A DNA stretch of 64,000 bases from contig SMSO01000006.1 in NCBI GenBank assembly GCA_004764695.1, positions 1,317,859 through 1,381,858 of the forward strand. The letters are read 5' to 3'. A model generated the notes under the pieces. That model made no database searches and had not been told where the DNA came from. It saw nothing but the letters and a program-made list of their open reading frames with translations. The translations under genes were made by a program, and so were the position numbers. This DNA is from Schizochytrium sp. TIO01 (taxonomy: Eukaryota > Protista > Bigyra: Labyrinthulomycetes). The first letter of the stretch is position 1. Each line of letters begins with the position of its first letter. Below, one piece after another: positions 15,614 to 27,900 of this stretch.

Positions 15614-15758
15614 TTTCTTTCTTTCTTTCTGTCTTTCTTTCTTTCTTTCTTTCTTTCTTTCCTCTTTCTTTCCTCTTTCTTCTTTCTTTTTGTCTTCTTT
15701 CTTTCTTTCTTTTTGTCTCTCTTTCTTTCTTTCTCTCTTTCTCTCTTTCTTTCTTTTT
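15614..15758. repeat. (TTTC)n-rich polypyrimidine tract
   Basis: Degenerate TTTC/TC array upstream of the zinc-finger gene. Confidence 0.9.
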
Positions 15759-16261
15759 CCCCTCGCTCTTCAACGACCAGGAAGCCTCTTATTTCATTCG
15801 TTTCGACTCGCATTGCAAACCGCATTGCCGACGTCAATCAAACTCGGGTGACTGACTGCCTGTTGCCGAAGAGGTCTCCTCCTCCGGGCACGCGCAAGCG
15901 GATCTCGAGGGACGCAGACCCGTCGCTGGCCCGGAGCGAGTGGTATCTGCAGGAAACGTACAACCTCTCGTGAGAGACCGTGTGTGGCACTCCAGAGTTC
16001 TTGGCTTGAGCACGCACGTGCTTGCGTGAGCGCTCGTCGAATTCGTGTGGCTTGAGAGCCGTGGTGGTCCGTAGGGCAAAGAGTTTGGGCATCGTCAGTG
16101 GAGCTAGTTCTGGGTTGAACGTAGAAAGGCTCATACTGGTGGTGGTGTTCGTGAGACCACAGGATACACCAGCAAACTCAGAATCCCAGGGAAACGGGCT
16201 GTCGTGACTGCCTGCTGCTTTCTTGGTATACGTCTGGTTACGAAACACGAGGTAAAGCACC

Positions 16262-18709
16262 ATGCACAGCGAGGAACCAGCAAGAGCGCTGCACAGCGAC
16301 GCTGCCTCTGCAGCCAAAAAACGACCCCGCGAAGAAGGAGCCTCCACCACAAATGCGAACAACAACAACGTTCTAGCGGGCAATGGCACGGACCATGGAG
16401 CACCTGCTCCTCCCGCGAAGAACGGCGGTGATAGCGCTGTTCCGAAGAAACACAAAATCACGGGCAAAAATAACAACAGCAACGATGACGACGAGGGATC
16501 TGGGCGTCAGTCCGAAAATGAAGATAACGGGGATGAAGATGAGGATGATTTTGAGATTGACGAATCGCAAATTACAAAGAAAACCGTCTACAGCAACACC
16601 AAAAACAAAACCGGTTATTTCGAAGCGCAAATATCTGAAAAGGTGAACAAGAACCTCAAGTATGGCTGTAAATACTGTGAAAAGGTTCTCAACAGCGCGG
16701 CAGAAGTACAGGCACATCTTGACAAAGTGCACAGGGACAGAAATCCCGCGGATAAGTGTATCCGTTGCATTATTTGCAACCGTTGCGTTCCCAGCACCTC
16801 TGACCTTGAACGCCACGCGTCCGAGATGCACCGCCGTGTACGTAAGTATGGCTGTCTGTCGTGCAAGAAACGTTTTGAGCGACTTGTGGACGTCCAACTG
16901 CATGTGGAAACCGCCCACAATGCGAACCGTCGTCACCGCTGCCCAGAATGCTCGAAAACCTTTGGGCGTGCTGGTGATCTCAAACTCCACATTCGAACTG
17001 TCCACCAAGGCGAAAGGCCACACACTTGTGAGCACTGTGGATCGTCTTTTGGTTATCGGAACAACCTCAAGAAGCACGTCGACACTGTCCATCGCGGTAT
17101 TCGACGCTTCCAATGTGACATTTGCGGAAAGCGCTTCGGGCGCAAAGACCACCTCTACCGGCACAGTGAAAATAAAGTTTGCCTTATGGAACGTTCGCGC
17201 CAAGATAGGGAAGGCGCGCCTACAGGTGCTGTTTCGGACAATCCTGGTGCCATTTCACAGATGCCAATGCTTGGAAATATTGGTCAATCTGGACTCATGC
17301 CCGGGACTTCGGCCCTTCTCCAAGCTCAGGCTCAGGCCCAAATTCAACTTCAACGGGCCGCAGCAGCCTTTCTAGGTGGCCATGCACCGCACTTTATGGG
17401 CCTTGGAGGTATGCACGGGGCGCCCTCTGGTTTTCCTCCTATGAATTCACAAATGGCAGCTCACTTGGCGAATAACCCCAATTTCGCATCTGCTATGCTC
17501 CCTTTTGCTTTCCAGCCGAATTTGTTTATGCATCAGCATCACCACCAGCAACAAAGAGCTGCGGGTAATGGATCGGAGACAGGAGCAGCTAGTGAACCTG
17601 GAACCGTTCCTGGGCCTTCTAACGCGGATGCCAGCAGCAGGGGTCTCCCGTCTCGTCAAGGGAGTAAAGGATCTTCTACCGTTGACACTGCCCAAGAAAA
17701 AAGCAAACAGGCAGCACCCGTGCTGACTGGCAAGGGCAGAAAGTCAAACAATACAACCTCTGAAAAGACTCATCGTGGTGCATCCAGTTCTAGTTCAACC
17801 AGCGAAAACGCTACTGGTGTTGTGCCAGGAAACGCTGAGAGTCGAGGCTTTGACCAAGACCAAACCAAGTCCGTAACTTCACATGGAGACAAGCGGGGCT
17901 TTCCTACCAGCAGTGCTGAAACTCACGATCCACATAATATTCAGCAAATGATTTATATGCAACAACATTTGCAAAGCCTACAAGGCCAACACCCACAACA
18001 AGCACAACATTCTCAACAACAATTTGGGCGCTCCCCGCACCACCCACAGCAGGACCATCGCCAACCAGACCAACAGGAGGATCAACATCACCAGATACCT
18101 CACCACGCAGCGAGTGTTCAAGGTCGCCGTGATGCAAACGAGGCACACCAACAGCAGCGACCGCTGCGCCAAGACTATTCTTCTGTCGGAGCAGATGCAG
18201 CGACATTCAACGTGCCTAATCCTCATCAACAACAACAGCACCGAACCCCAAACTCAGGCACAGGTAAGCATGGCTTTAGCGCGCAGCCGGGCAATTCTCA
18301 ACAGCAGAACCCAATTTTGCAACAATGGTTACAGCAACACGGTCCAAATTCTAGTGGCAACAACATCAGTAGTACCAAGTATTCTGGACCGAGTGTGGAG
18401 AACCCCTACGCACCAAGCCACTCAGGACAATACTACATGCCTCGTCAATCTCACCCAACTGCACACGAGGTTACTCATCGTCAGCATCCGTCTCAAACAG
18501 GGAATAACTCAGAATTGAACCATACACAAATGCAACACCGCCACCAACAACAAAATCACCATCCTCATTCACAAGCTAGTGATCTCCACCATCAATATAA
18601 CAGTCAGCACCACCACCAACTTCCACCGCAAGGCCGCGAAACTATGCAACTCCCCTCAGAACGCTCTTCGGTTCATCAGCAGCAGAAGCAACCGAGACGT
18701 AGTCGCTAA
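16262..18709 (+). CDS. C2H2 zinc-finger transcription factor (6 tandem fingers, Q/H-rich low-complexity C-terminus)
   Basis: 815-aa ATG ORF; fingers e.g. CPECSKTFGRAGDLKLHIRTVH, QGERPH linker, CDICGKRFGRKDHLYRH (last finger probably C2HC). Confidence 0.93.
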   Translation: MHSEEPARALHSDAASAAKKRPREEGASTTNANNNNVLAGNGTDHGAPAPPAKNGGDSAVPKKHKITGKNNNSNDDDEGSGRQSENEDNGDEDEDDFEIDESQITKKTVYSNTKNKTGYFEAQISEKVNKNLKYGCKYCEKVLNSAAEVQAHLDKVHRDRNPADKCIRCIICNRCVPSTSDLERHASEMHRRVRKYGCLSCKKRFERLVDVQLHVETAHNANRRHRCPECSKTFGRAGDLKLHIRTVHQGERPHTCEHCGSSFGYRNNLKKHVDTVHRGIRRFQCDICGKRFGRKDHLYRHSENKVCLMERSRQDREGAPTGAVSDNPGAISQMPMLGNIGQSGLMPGTSALLQAQAQAQIQLQRAAAAFLGGHAPHFMGLGGMHGAPSGFPPMNSQMAAHLANNPNFASAMLPFAFQPNLFMHQHHHQQQRAAGNGSETGAASEPGTVPGPSNADASSRGLPSRQGSKGSSTVDTAQEKSKQAAPVLTGKGRKSNNTTSEKTHRGASSSSSTSENATGVVPGNAESRGFDQDQTKSVTSHGDKRGFPTSSAETHDPHNIQQMIYMQQHLQSLQGQHPQQAQHSQQQFGRSPHHPQQDHRQPDQQEDQHHQIPHHAASVQGRRDANEAHQQQRPLRQDYSSVGADAATFNVPNPHQQQQHRTPNSGTGKHGFSAQPGNSQQQNPILQQWLQQHGPNSSGNNISSTKYSGPSVENPYAPSHSGQYYMPRQSHPTAHEVTHRQHPSQTGNNSELNHTQMQHRHQQQNHHPHSQASDLHHQYNSQHHHQLPPQGRETMQLPSERSSVHQQQKQPRRSR

Positions 18710-20783
18710 GCCGCTGAGCAATAGATGCTGCTAGAATTTGTAGTTGCGTTTCAGAATGCAACCAATCGCAAACATCAGTTGTTCATTGCTAGAATCTAGT
18801 GACCTTTCAGCTTTTTTTTTCGAAAGAGAAAAAAGGGCTATCTTGCGTTGGTGTCTAAGGTGTCGTCACTGCTCTTCATGTTATGGACCTGGTAATCTGG
18901 CTTCCTCGACTCTCTGAAGTTCTATTTTTCAGAATGTTCATTCACTTTGCGATGTCCTGGAGCTGAACATCACTTGTGACATTAATTACACTCGATTAAG
19001 GTTTTGTATCACACCTTAAAATCTTCATTAAAGTAGAATGAAGCGTACGTAATCTTGTGAACTAGGACTTTTGAAGCAGCATCTTTCTTCAAGTTCTTCT
19101 GAGAGCTTAACAAGTTGGACTTTAAACGGCGAAAGTGCATAAAATATACTATCCCCTGCGGTCATCCTTTCTCTCTCATAGTTCCTCTACATGCAACATT
19201 GAAGCCTGGTATACTGTATTTTGCGCGCCTTCTTTGAGCATCGTGAACTGATCGAGACCATATTTCCTTCCGTTCGTTAATGCTTTTCATACAGGATCAT
19301 GCTTGAAGCTTCGTATAATTTTATTCATGTTCCAGCCTAGCCTATCGTTGAAACATTCGTTTCAAGGCCTGTGACAAGACCATTCGATTCCTTCATTTGC
19401 ACCTGCACTGCAGCCTCGACCTACAGTCTTGAACATTGAGGTGGAGGTGACGAGATGCAAAGTTCTAGCCGCAACCCAGCAGTACTACATTTCAAGATTT
19501 TTGAGATATACACCAATACATACCCATGAACAAACACACAGAACATCTCAAATTTGTCTGAATAGAAACTTTTAGCAGACTGATGGGATCTGGAAAAATC
19601 TCCAGCTGCAGTTGTTGCACACACGCCCCCTTGGACTTGTATCACAGGATACTCTGCGAGCTGCTATCTTGCTTGCAAAACATACCCATGCGTAGATAAA
19701 GCGTTAGGATCATGGGAAAAGCCACATTTTCTGTCTTGGTATTCTAGCAGGACAATACCATCTGCCACTGCTACAATAGCAAGGATAAGCCAAATTTGTG
19801 CACTGCTACTCATAAAAATATATTCGCAGAGAACGAATTGAATGGACCAAATGAATGAAACGGAATGCAGGCAACTTCAATCTGTTGGGAGTGTTGAGAG
19901 CACCTACGATGCAACCCCATTCTTGCCTACTTAAGTAGCAAGCATGTGTATTGTATACTGTGACACATTCCTTACTGAGATGCTACAAAGGCATCAAAAT
20001 TTCTTTATTTACATTAGCCATATTATGGACTGAATGATATTGTGCAACCTTCATAGTTGACACCTCGAATGATCTACATTATTATTTACTCTTTTAAAAC
20101 TAATTTTCTGTCATCAAAAGCCCAAATTGTTCGAGCAGCCAGCTCTACATCATTTCTTCGCATGATCTGAAAGTATTTCCTTCTAGTTTCTTTGCGGAGC
20201 TCCTTCTTCGTGACAATGTAATTACATGGATGAACATTCCCCCGTGTTGATCAAGAACAGGCCAATGACCATTTTCTATCTAGCATAGGAATGCTGCCCT
20301 ATTTCTGATGTGGATTCGTTGTTTTTGAATGCGACTGAGTCCTTTTTAAACAAATGAAGATTCCATGGGTGTGAAACAAAATAATATCCTACAAGGATGA
20401 ATGAACATGACAGATGGAACCATTCAACTTCAGATATGCTATGATCACGCTTAATCTTCTTCATCATATATTTATCGATGATTTCAATCATTTTTATTTT
20501 TTTTAAATTAAACGATTCTAGGGAATGAAGCAAACACATAATATCAATTGATATATCTGATAGGAAAATGGTTTCCTATTAGTGTTAGAAGATAGTAAGG
20601 TAGCAAAAGAACGGGAATAAGAAAAGAGTCTGTCTGCTCGATGTAGTTGGTTGCAAAGAAAGAAAGTGACAAGAGCGATGCGTAAAATGGCAAACATTGA
20701 AAATGCCATCATCGAGACCAACGCACTACACATGAGAGAGGTGATATGAAAAAAGAAAATCATATACGACGAATCCGGTAAAC

Positions 20784-21995
20784 TTACTTGGATTCGTCGC
20801 TGTCGTCGTTGGGACCAAAGGAGACAAGTTTCCGCATACGATTTGCAGCAACCACAGTAAGAACGCCCTTTTTGAAACGGCGACGTGTCTGGTATTGCTT
20901 GAGTTGTGAAAGTGCAGGGGTAATATCTTTCTCCGCACCACCATTGACGATCCAAGGGTGATTGAGCACATCATCAACAGTGAAGCGGACAGAAGGGTCC
21001 ACAACTAAGAGACCACGAATAAGATCCTTGGCAGAATCCGATACGTCGGACCAAAACTCAGGATCAAACTTGTACTTGGCCTTCTTGATGAGACGAAAAA
21101 GACGAGACTGGTTCTCATCGTAAAAGGGAGGATAACCGCAGAGCAAAATGTAAGTAATTACACCGAGCGACCACATATCTACTTCCTTACCATATGGCCG
21201 ACCTGAGATAATCTCGGGGGCGACATATCCAGGAGTTCCACAGGTGGTTTTGAGCATGGCCTCCTCACTTGAGGTATCGAGCTCCTTAGCAAATCCGAAG
21301 TCTGCAAGCTTAAGCTGGTGATCATCTTCGTCGTCTTCCATGAGGATATTTTCTGGCTTTAAGTCACGATGGACTACGCCGTGTTCATTACAGTATTTAA
21401 GAGCTTCGGCAATTGTCTTTACAACCTGAGCAGCATCTCTTTCTTGATAGAACTCTTTTGCAACAATGCGGTCGAAAAGTTCTCCACCACGGACAAGTTC
21501 TGTCACAACATAGTAGTTGGACCCATCTTCATGCATGCCGTAGAGCTTGATAATGTTTGGGTGGTCCATACCAGAGAGAATGCGAACCTCCGCTTCAAGG
21601 CCCTCCCGATCCTCACGTGAGAGATGTTTCTTGCGAATGCATTTGATGGCCACAGTTTCACCAGTCACGAGGTCCTCAGCTTCACGCACAACACTAAAGT
21701 TGCCTTTACCGAGTGTGTTGCCCAGGCGGAAGCGCTCTTCAAATGTCAAATTCTTTTCGTGTCCTGAGCTGCCATCTCCTTCTGAGCGGCTTGAGCGAAA
21801 AAATGAACGAATGCTACGCATTGTATTGCGCATCATCTGGCCGGTCCCACTGCTTGCGAAGCTATCCTGTTGACCATGTTGTAAATGGTTTCGAGTACAT
21901 ATGAGTGATTTCATTTTCGACATGTTAGTTGCTGTTTTATCCATGCAATCACCATTTGCCTCTTGCAGCTGATCAATACATCCGTACGCTCTCAT
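20784..21995 (-). CDS. Ca2+/calmodulin-dependent protein kinase (CAMK1-like)
   Basis: GKGNFSVV, VAIK, HRDLKPEN, DFG, TTCGTPGYVAPE, GYPPFYDEN and a basic amphipathic CaM-binding-like tail (RRRFKKGVLTVVAANRMRK); true start may be a later ATG. Confidence 0.95.
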   Translation of the reverse strand: MRAYGCIDQLQEANGDCMDKTATNMSKMKSLICTRNHLQHGQQDSFASSGTGQMMRNTMRSIRSFFRSSRSEGDGSSGHEKNLTFEERFRLGNTLGKGNFSVVREAEDLVTGETVAIKCIRKKHLSREDREGLEAEVRILSGMDHPNIIKLYGMHEDGSNYYVVTELVRGGELFDRIVAKEFYQERDAAQVVKTIAEALKYCNEHGVVHRDLKPENILMEDDEDDHQLKLADFGFAKELDTSSEEAMLKTTCGTPGYVAPEIISGRPYGKEVDMWSLGVITYILLCGYPPFYDENQSRLFRLIKKAKYKFDPEFWSDVSDSAKDLIRGLLVVDPSVRFTVDDVLNHPWIVNGGAEKDITPALSQLKQYQTRRRFKKGVLTVVAANRMRKLVSFGPNDDSDESK

Positions 21996-24900
21996 TTGAC
22001 TTCACTATTACGCTCACCTTCCCCCCCCTTGTATTTTTGTTCCTACTAGTAATAGTACTATTAACACCTCCCTCTACCTTCTTTCTTGCATGCTCCTCTT
22101 CCACAACCTCACTACCACCACTGTGGCCGCTCGCCCTTACAGTACAGTACAGTACAGTCCAGGACCGCTACAACTATAAAAATAAAACGCATAACTACGT
22201 AAATGTAAGAAATATCCCCGTCCCAGGTTCCCCTCTTGAGGCCAACCGCTCCTCTCATCCATTAAAGGATACAGAGATCACGAATGGTAGGCCCCAAAAA
22301 AATACACACTCTGAGAGAGAATTTCCTTTTATCCGTCGTGCTTTCGCTGCTTTTGCTGCTATTGCTGCTATTGCTAACATCCTGGAAATTTGGGGAACTT
22401 CGGTCTCCATCATCTTCAGTTCCGTCGACTTAGAGCGTTTAACAAAGAATAAAAGCACAAGGAGCAATTGCCGAACTGATTTGGTTCCCACTCATCAAGG
22501 TGCTATGCAACCTCCTTTTCTCACATGCTACCAATGGCCACTAAGCGACAGCTGCGAAGATTTACGTTCCCCGTCTCACCCATCTCGGACCCGCTCAGGA
22601 ACCTTAAAGATAGCGGCCAGCTGGGTTCGAATCATGAGTTTTCTGCCCATTTACTTCTAAATCGCAAAACCTCCGCAGATAATGACGCCAGAGTGTGCTC
22701 TAGCGAGACCACGGAAAACGAACCCGATCATTCCACTCAGGTAGACATGGAACCTTTTTACCAGTGGTGACGACGTACGTATCCTTGCAAGCTAGAACGC
22801 CTTCCAGAGTTGGTCGCGATCATTTGTGTAATTGTTTTTCTCTTCAGCCTGCAATCAAAGCGCACGCCCATATTTCCCAGCTTGGGCCACAGCTCCTCCG
22901 TGCATAGATTCAACTCAGAGCAATTGACCGCATGCCAGCAACAGCGACAAATCTAGCTTCCAAACCTGCTCCTCCATGCAATCAATCATTTGCGCAACCT
23001 CGAGCAAGCCAAGCCAAGCCAAGCCAAAAAACTTGGCTGCACAACCCGAAGACATCCGCACGTGCAAGACCAGGCCACCATCCATCCATCCATCCATCCA
23101 CACCTTTATTTATTTCCCTCACTCACTCACTCACTCACTCACCCGCTCGATCGTTCCCTCACTCACCCGCCCAATTAATTACTACTCGCGCCCTCACCCA
23201 TCGCAGCATCACAAATCGCTGCTGCATACTCCGCCTCCTCCTCTTCCTTGTGCTGCTAATTTTTTTGCAGTTTGTTTGTTTGCTTGCTTGCTTGCTTGCT
23301 TGCTTCTTCGTGAGTCTCCATCTCCATCCATGGCGAGCTCAGACAGCAATCAATCTCCACGACATGCCTCGACATGGACTGCAATTGCGGCACTCTCACA
23401 ACTAAAATGGGGAAAAGGGTCGCAATCCCAGAGACAAAGAGACTCAAACTAACAAACGAACGAATGAGAGAAAGAAAATCAAAGAAAAACAAAGAAGAAG
23501 CAACCAAAAGGAAGAAGAAAAAGAAAGCGCGAGCGAACAAACTTCGTGCATGAATTGCGGAACGCAGCAGCAGCAGCGCCAGACAAGTGCCGCCTCCCGC
23601 CCCAGTTCTCGCGCAAAGCAGCAGCTTGAGGGCGAGCGGCGAGCGATCGAGCGACCAATCCACCAGCCACTGTTGAAGAAAGAATCGCTTGCGAGGATGG
23701 ATCGATTCAAAGATCGATATATATATAGTCGCGCCTCAGAAACCTTTGAAAACTCCATCTCCATCGCCAGCTCCAACGAAGACCGCCACGCAGCGCAGCG
23801 CAGCGTACAGCTCAGGCTCCGTGCTTGCTAACGTACCTTGGCGTGCCGCAAACCAGTTTTGGCCTTGGCGGCGGCAGGCAGCGATCGATCGATCGACGGA
23901 TCGACGGATTGATCGCTAGAATGAGCGAACTTGGATGTTTGATTTGATTTGATTGCTTTGACTTTGACTTTGTTTTATTTGAGTTACGATTCTTTCTCTC
24001 CCGCACTACTAGGACCTTTCTACCGCAAACGGTAGCAACTGCGCCACATTGGCCATGATATGATTGAGTGGGTACCTCCTAGGCAAAGCCTAGCAATGCA
24101 CTAGGAAGGAAGGTAGGTACGCCGCAGTAAGTAGGTACCTACCTAATTAGCTAATTGGTAAGTAAACTTTTATTTCATTAAAACTCTGTTTGATTAATTA
24201 ACTAATTAATTAATTAATAGATTGATTAAATAGTTTTATAAAATTGAAAACTGAAAATTCTACTTTTTCTAAACTCAAAAAGTATTCGCTTTTCGAGGTA
24301 TTTCTGAATTGTTTCTTGCGATTGTTTGCTTATTTATTCACTTTCTTACGTACATGCTTTTCTGACTTGCAAGCAGTACGTCTGCACGTCGTGCCCTGGT
24401 TCTTTCTTCTGGAGCTGAGTTTTTGAGGGGGAGAAGGGCCTCCTCGTCTGAGATAGATTCAGGTAAATCATGCTCATAACTTGAGGTTAATTCTTCAAGT
24501 TAAATCGCTTTCGCACACCCTTTCGTCTTCAGGCAATTAGCAGTTTTCCTGCGCAATTCTAGTCAGCACGCTTATCCTAGTTCGGGGGGAGGTTTTCTAG
24601 GGTTAAGCATAAGAGGCCCCTGCACCGCCATCACTTCAGGCCGCTTGCTTTTCGTACAAATCAAAACCCGAGTTTCATCCAAAGCTTGCGTCTCCTGTAT
24701 AAGCAAGTCACTTGCCAGATGAATTAGTTAAAAGGTATACCTTCCTACATTCATGCTTCATCTGTGAAACAACCTTCGATGGTTTATTTTTCTTTGCTCT
24801 ACGGACGGCTTTCGAGTCTCTGGAAGCAGGAAGGACAACTTTCTTTTAAGTTACTTGCAAAGGAACAGCAAAACAACTTTTTTCTCCTAGCTGCGATGGA

Positions 24901-27900
24901 TTGATGGATGGATGGATGGATTGACTTGTAAGAAATTGATTCATTGGCTGACTGGTTTGTTGTATGTCGGTGCAGAAAATATGACCTGAATTTCGAGATG
25001 CTGAAGATGGTTTTCATTTGAGGCTGGCTGACCTCTGATAAATTGATTGAGCTTTTCAAGTTATCGCCTGGACTTACGATATCTCTTACGCCCTTCGAAT
25101 GCTTTGTGAAGAGTTGGACTTTCTTTCCCCTTTTTATGATTCCTTCCTCACACTCACGCGCACACACGCACTCCCCCGCATCCCCCGCAGCCAACCTACT
25201 ATCTGTTATGAAATATAGATTGTATCACTACTGGTGTTGATACCACTGTGGGTATAGTGTGTGAGCGGTAATAGCACTATGGCTTTATGTAAGTCACATA
25301 AAGCCCCCCTAAAGAGCGGGAACTAAATGCATGTAAGGAAGAGAAAGGGGTGTACTGAATAACTTTGTAACAGCAGAACTGGAAAAGCGGAGAGCGCGGA
25401 TCCCAGGAGCTGAACCTTTCTAGTCTACGCCCAGAACTAGGAGTATCTATAGCATCGCTAGCACTAGTGTGTATAGACAGTAGCTAGGAGATTCTCGCTT
25501 AGTCTTCAAAAGTCATGTTCAACAAAAGATTGAATGCAGAAATTGCATGTTCAAGATTTGGGGTTGGACCATACGAGCATTGCGAACACATACAAAGGCC
25601 TTCAAGCTGGCTGGCCTTCTTTGAATTTCTGAGAGGTAGGTTATAATACTCACCGTCGTGGAAGCGTCTCAAACTGATGATGATCGCCTGATTAGACCTA
25701 GCTAGGGCATGCATCACAAAATAAATCGTTTCTTTGTGCTGTATGACACATGATCATGACAATCAAGATTGTTGAAAACAGCATTTGGTCTCGACCTTGA
25801 ACTGAGTGCCACTTCGGCTTTGCGGGCTTTGGACGCCGCTGCTTTTCAGGTGGTTGGGTGGGTGCGTGAGTGCATTGCATTGCATTGCATTGCACAGCTA
25901 GTCATGATCGGCACGGTGGTGGCCACCACGCTGGCCTGTGCTGGTTCACAAGGCGGAAGATCTGCAGCAGTTGAAGGTAGATACTCCAGGCAGGTATTAA
26001 CGATGCCTGGGGATTCTCCCTGATTCATTAAGTTCACCATGATCTGGGTCTGACTGGCGCTCTGAGAACCTGCTTGATCGCAGAAGCTTGTGCTAAAACG
26101 TTGAGTGCCTGAACGCTCACTTGCACAGCAAGTGAGAGCGGCTCGAGCAGCAGACGACTGGACTTCAATTTCCAAGCCGAGGTACTGCTCTGCGCCTTGA
26201 AGGCATAGCGGCAATGCCGGCTTGACGGCACTATCTTCATTTGAGCTTTAAAACAATGACTCCATGAGCACAGCACTGGTTAAGACCAATTTAAAGTCTT
26301 CCCTCGTGGAGGTTTCTGAGTGCCAAGGTGTCCGTTCGATATATGATTCCACTTTCGGATCTTAGATGTTGTTTAACTTCTACCTCAACGAGTTTCAAGG
26401 TAGAAGCTTGCATTCCGGGGCGCTCGATAGTGGGAAAACTTGGGCGACTCGAAAAAGTTTCCAAGCAAACCGGCGAGTTAGGTTGGCTTGCGCCACTTTC
26501 ATCAAGCCTTTGCACTCAGGCTCAATCAAAGCTGTTTTGCAGTTCGGCTCAAAAGCCGCTTGAGCAGCCCCGCGAGGGTTCCCAAGGTGGACTTGGCTTG
26601 TCTAAGCAGCTGGCTGGCTGCAGCGACAGTACCTTCTACTAGCTAGCCTTCGTTCTGTAATGACACCCAGAAAGTGCTACGACTACACCTACATCAGCTA
26701 GGTTCCTGCACGTGATGATTGTTTTAGTCCTCCAGAGGATGGCAGGTTGGACGTCAGCCTCGAATGGATTAGCGACACCGCGCAGGTGTGCTCTTCACGT
26801 TCGCCGCAGCTTTGGCAGATTTGGAGACCTCAAGCAGGATGGATGATAGATCAACCCTCCCAGACGGCCACTATGAAGATGAAAATTATCAAGGTGCCAA
26901 CTTTTATCAATCAGAATTCGTCGGCACGTGCAGATAGATGCGTCCGGATCACCTCACGTGCAACTGCTTAAAAGGAAGTTTTGAAGAAGGGGTTCTCCAG
27001 TTTGACAGTTGAGCCAAAAGACCACTCGGAAAACTGCATTCTAGATACTGCATCAGTGGCACACATACAAAATCTGCGTGGAATAGTTAATACCGTGTCG
27101 TGTCATCTATCTAGCAGTCCGCCTTAGTGCGTTTGAGACTGCAGCTGGATCTTCACATTGCAGTTCTTTCATATTTGAGTCATCTTCAAGTTCTTCCAGT
27201 TTTTCAACTCGAACACGATGGCCATACTTGAGATAGTAAGCATCTGGATTCATGTATGGAACCAAACTCAAAACTCAGAGAAACAGCTGGCTACCTGTAG
27301 CTGCATAGCTACCAAGAACCGTTTCTTGCTGGAATAATGATGCTTTCCATGATGGAATGCAGTGTTTTCAGTAACCAATATCAACTTGAACGCTTGCACT
27401 TAGCCTGGTTACCACTCCAACTGCGAGGTAGTACTAGAGGTACCTTGGTACTTACTGTTTAAAGAAATCAATAGGGCAGAAAAGATTAGTTGGCTCATTG
27501 ATAAATCCCCAGGCCCAAATCCTATAACTCAAGTTCACTGCGAGAGTCAACTCAGCTTGATATTCAGCTGATGTCAATCATGATTACGTAGCAATCGCAC
27601 GAGAGTAGTATAACTTGAGGTTATCTGAGCTAATTGGCAACTTTTCGCTTCTGTGTTTAGCCTTTTACAGCACGTGTTAGAAGCTGAGTAATTACGTCAA
27701 TCCATTTACGAGGCAATGCTATACTGTGGCTATATCATATATACTCTGTGGAGGATTTTAAAAAATACATACCCACAGAGACCCACATACGGAAAATGAA
27801 TCTCGCATTCATGTGGACTGCTGCTACCAAGGGGAAGCACACCACCCGCAGTAGAAGTGCATTAGCAAGGAGGAGATGTGCCCTTTTAACGAGGTGTGCA

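Noticed and set aside
16373-17203. 276-aa antisense ORF (likewise 48446-49231, 55060-55623, 31231-31695)
   Set aside because: Shadow ORFs opposite well-supported genes, with no motifs of their own
21929-23919. Cluster of 60-240-aa ORFs upstream of the CaMK gene
   Set aside because: Low-complexity and SSR-derived, without domain signal; probably UTR or promoter sequence
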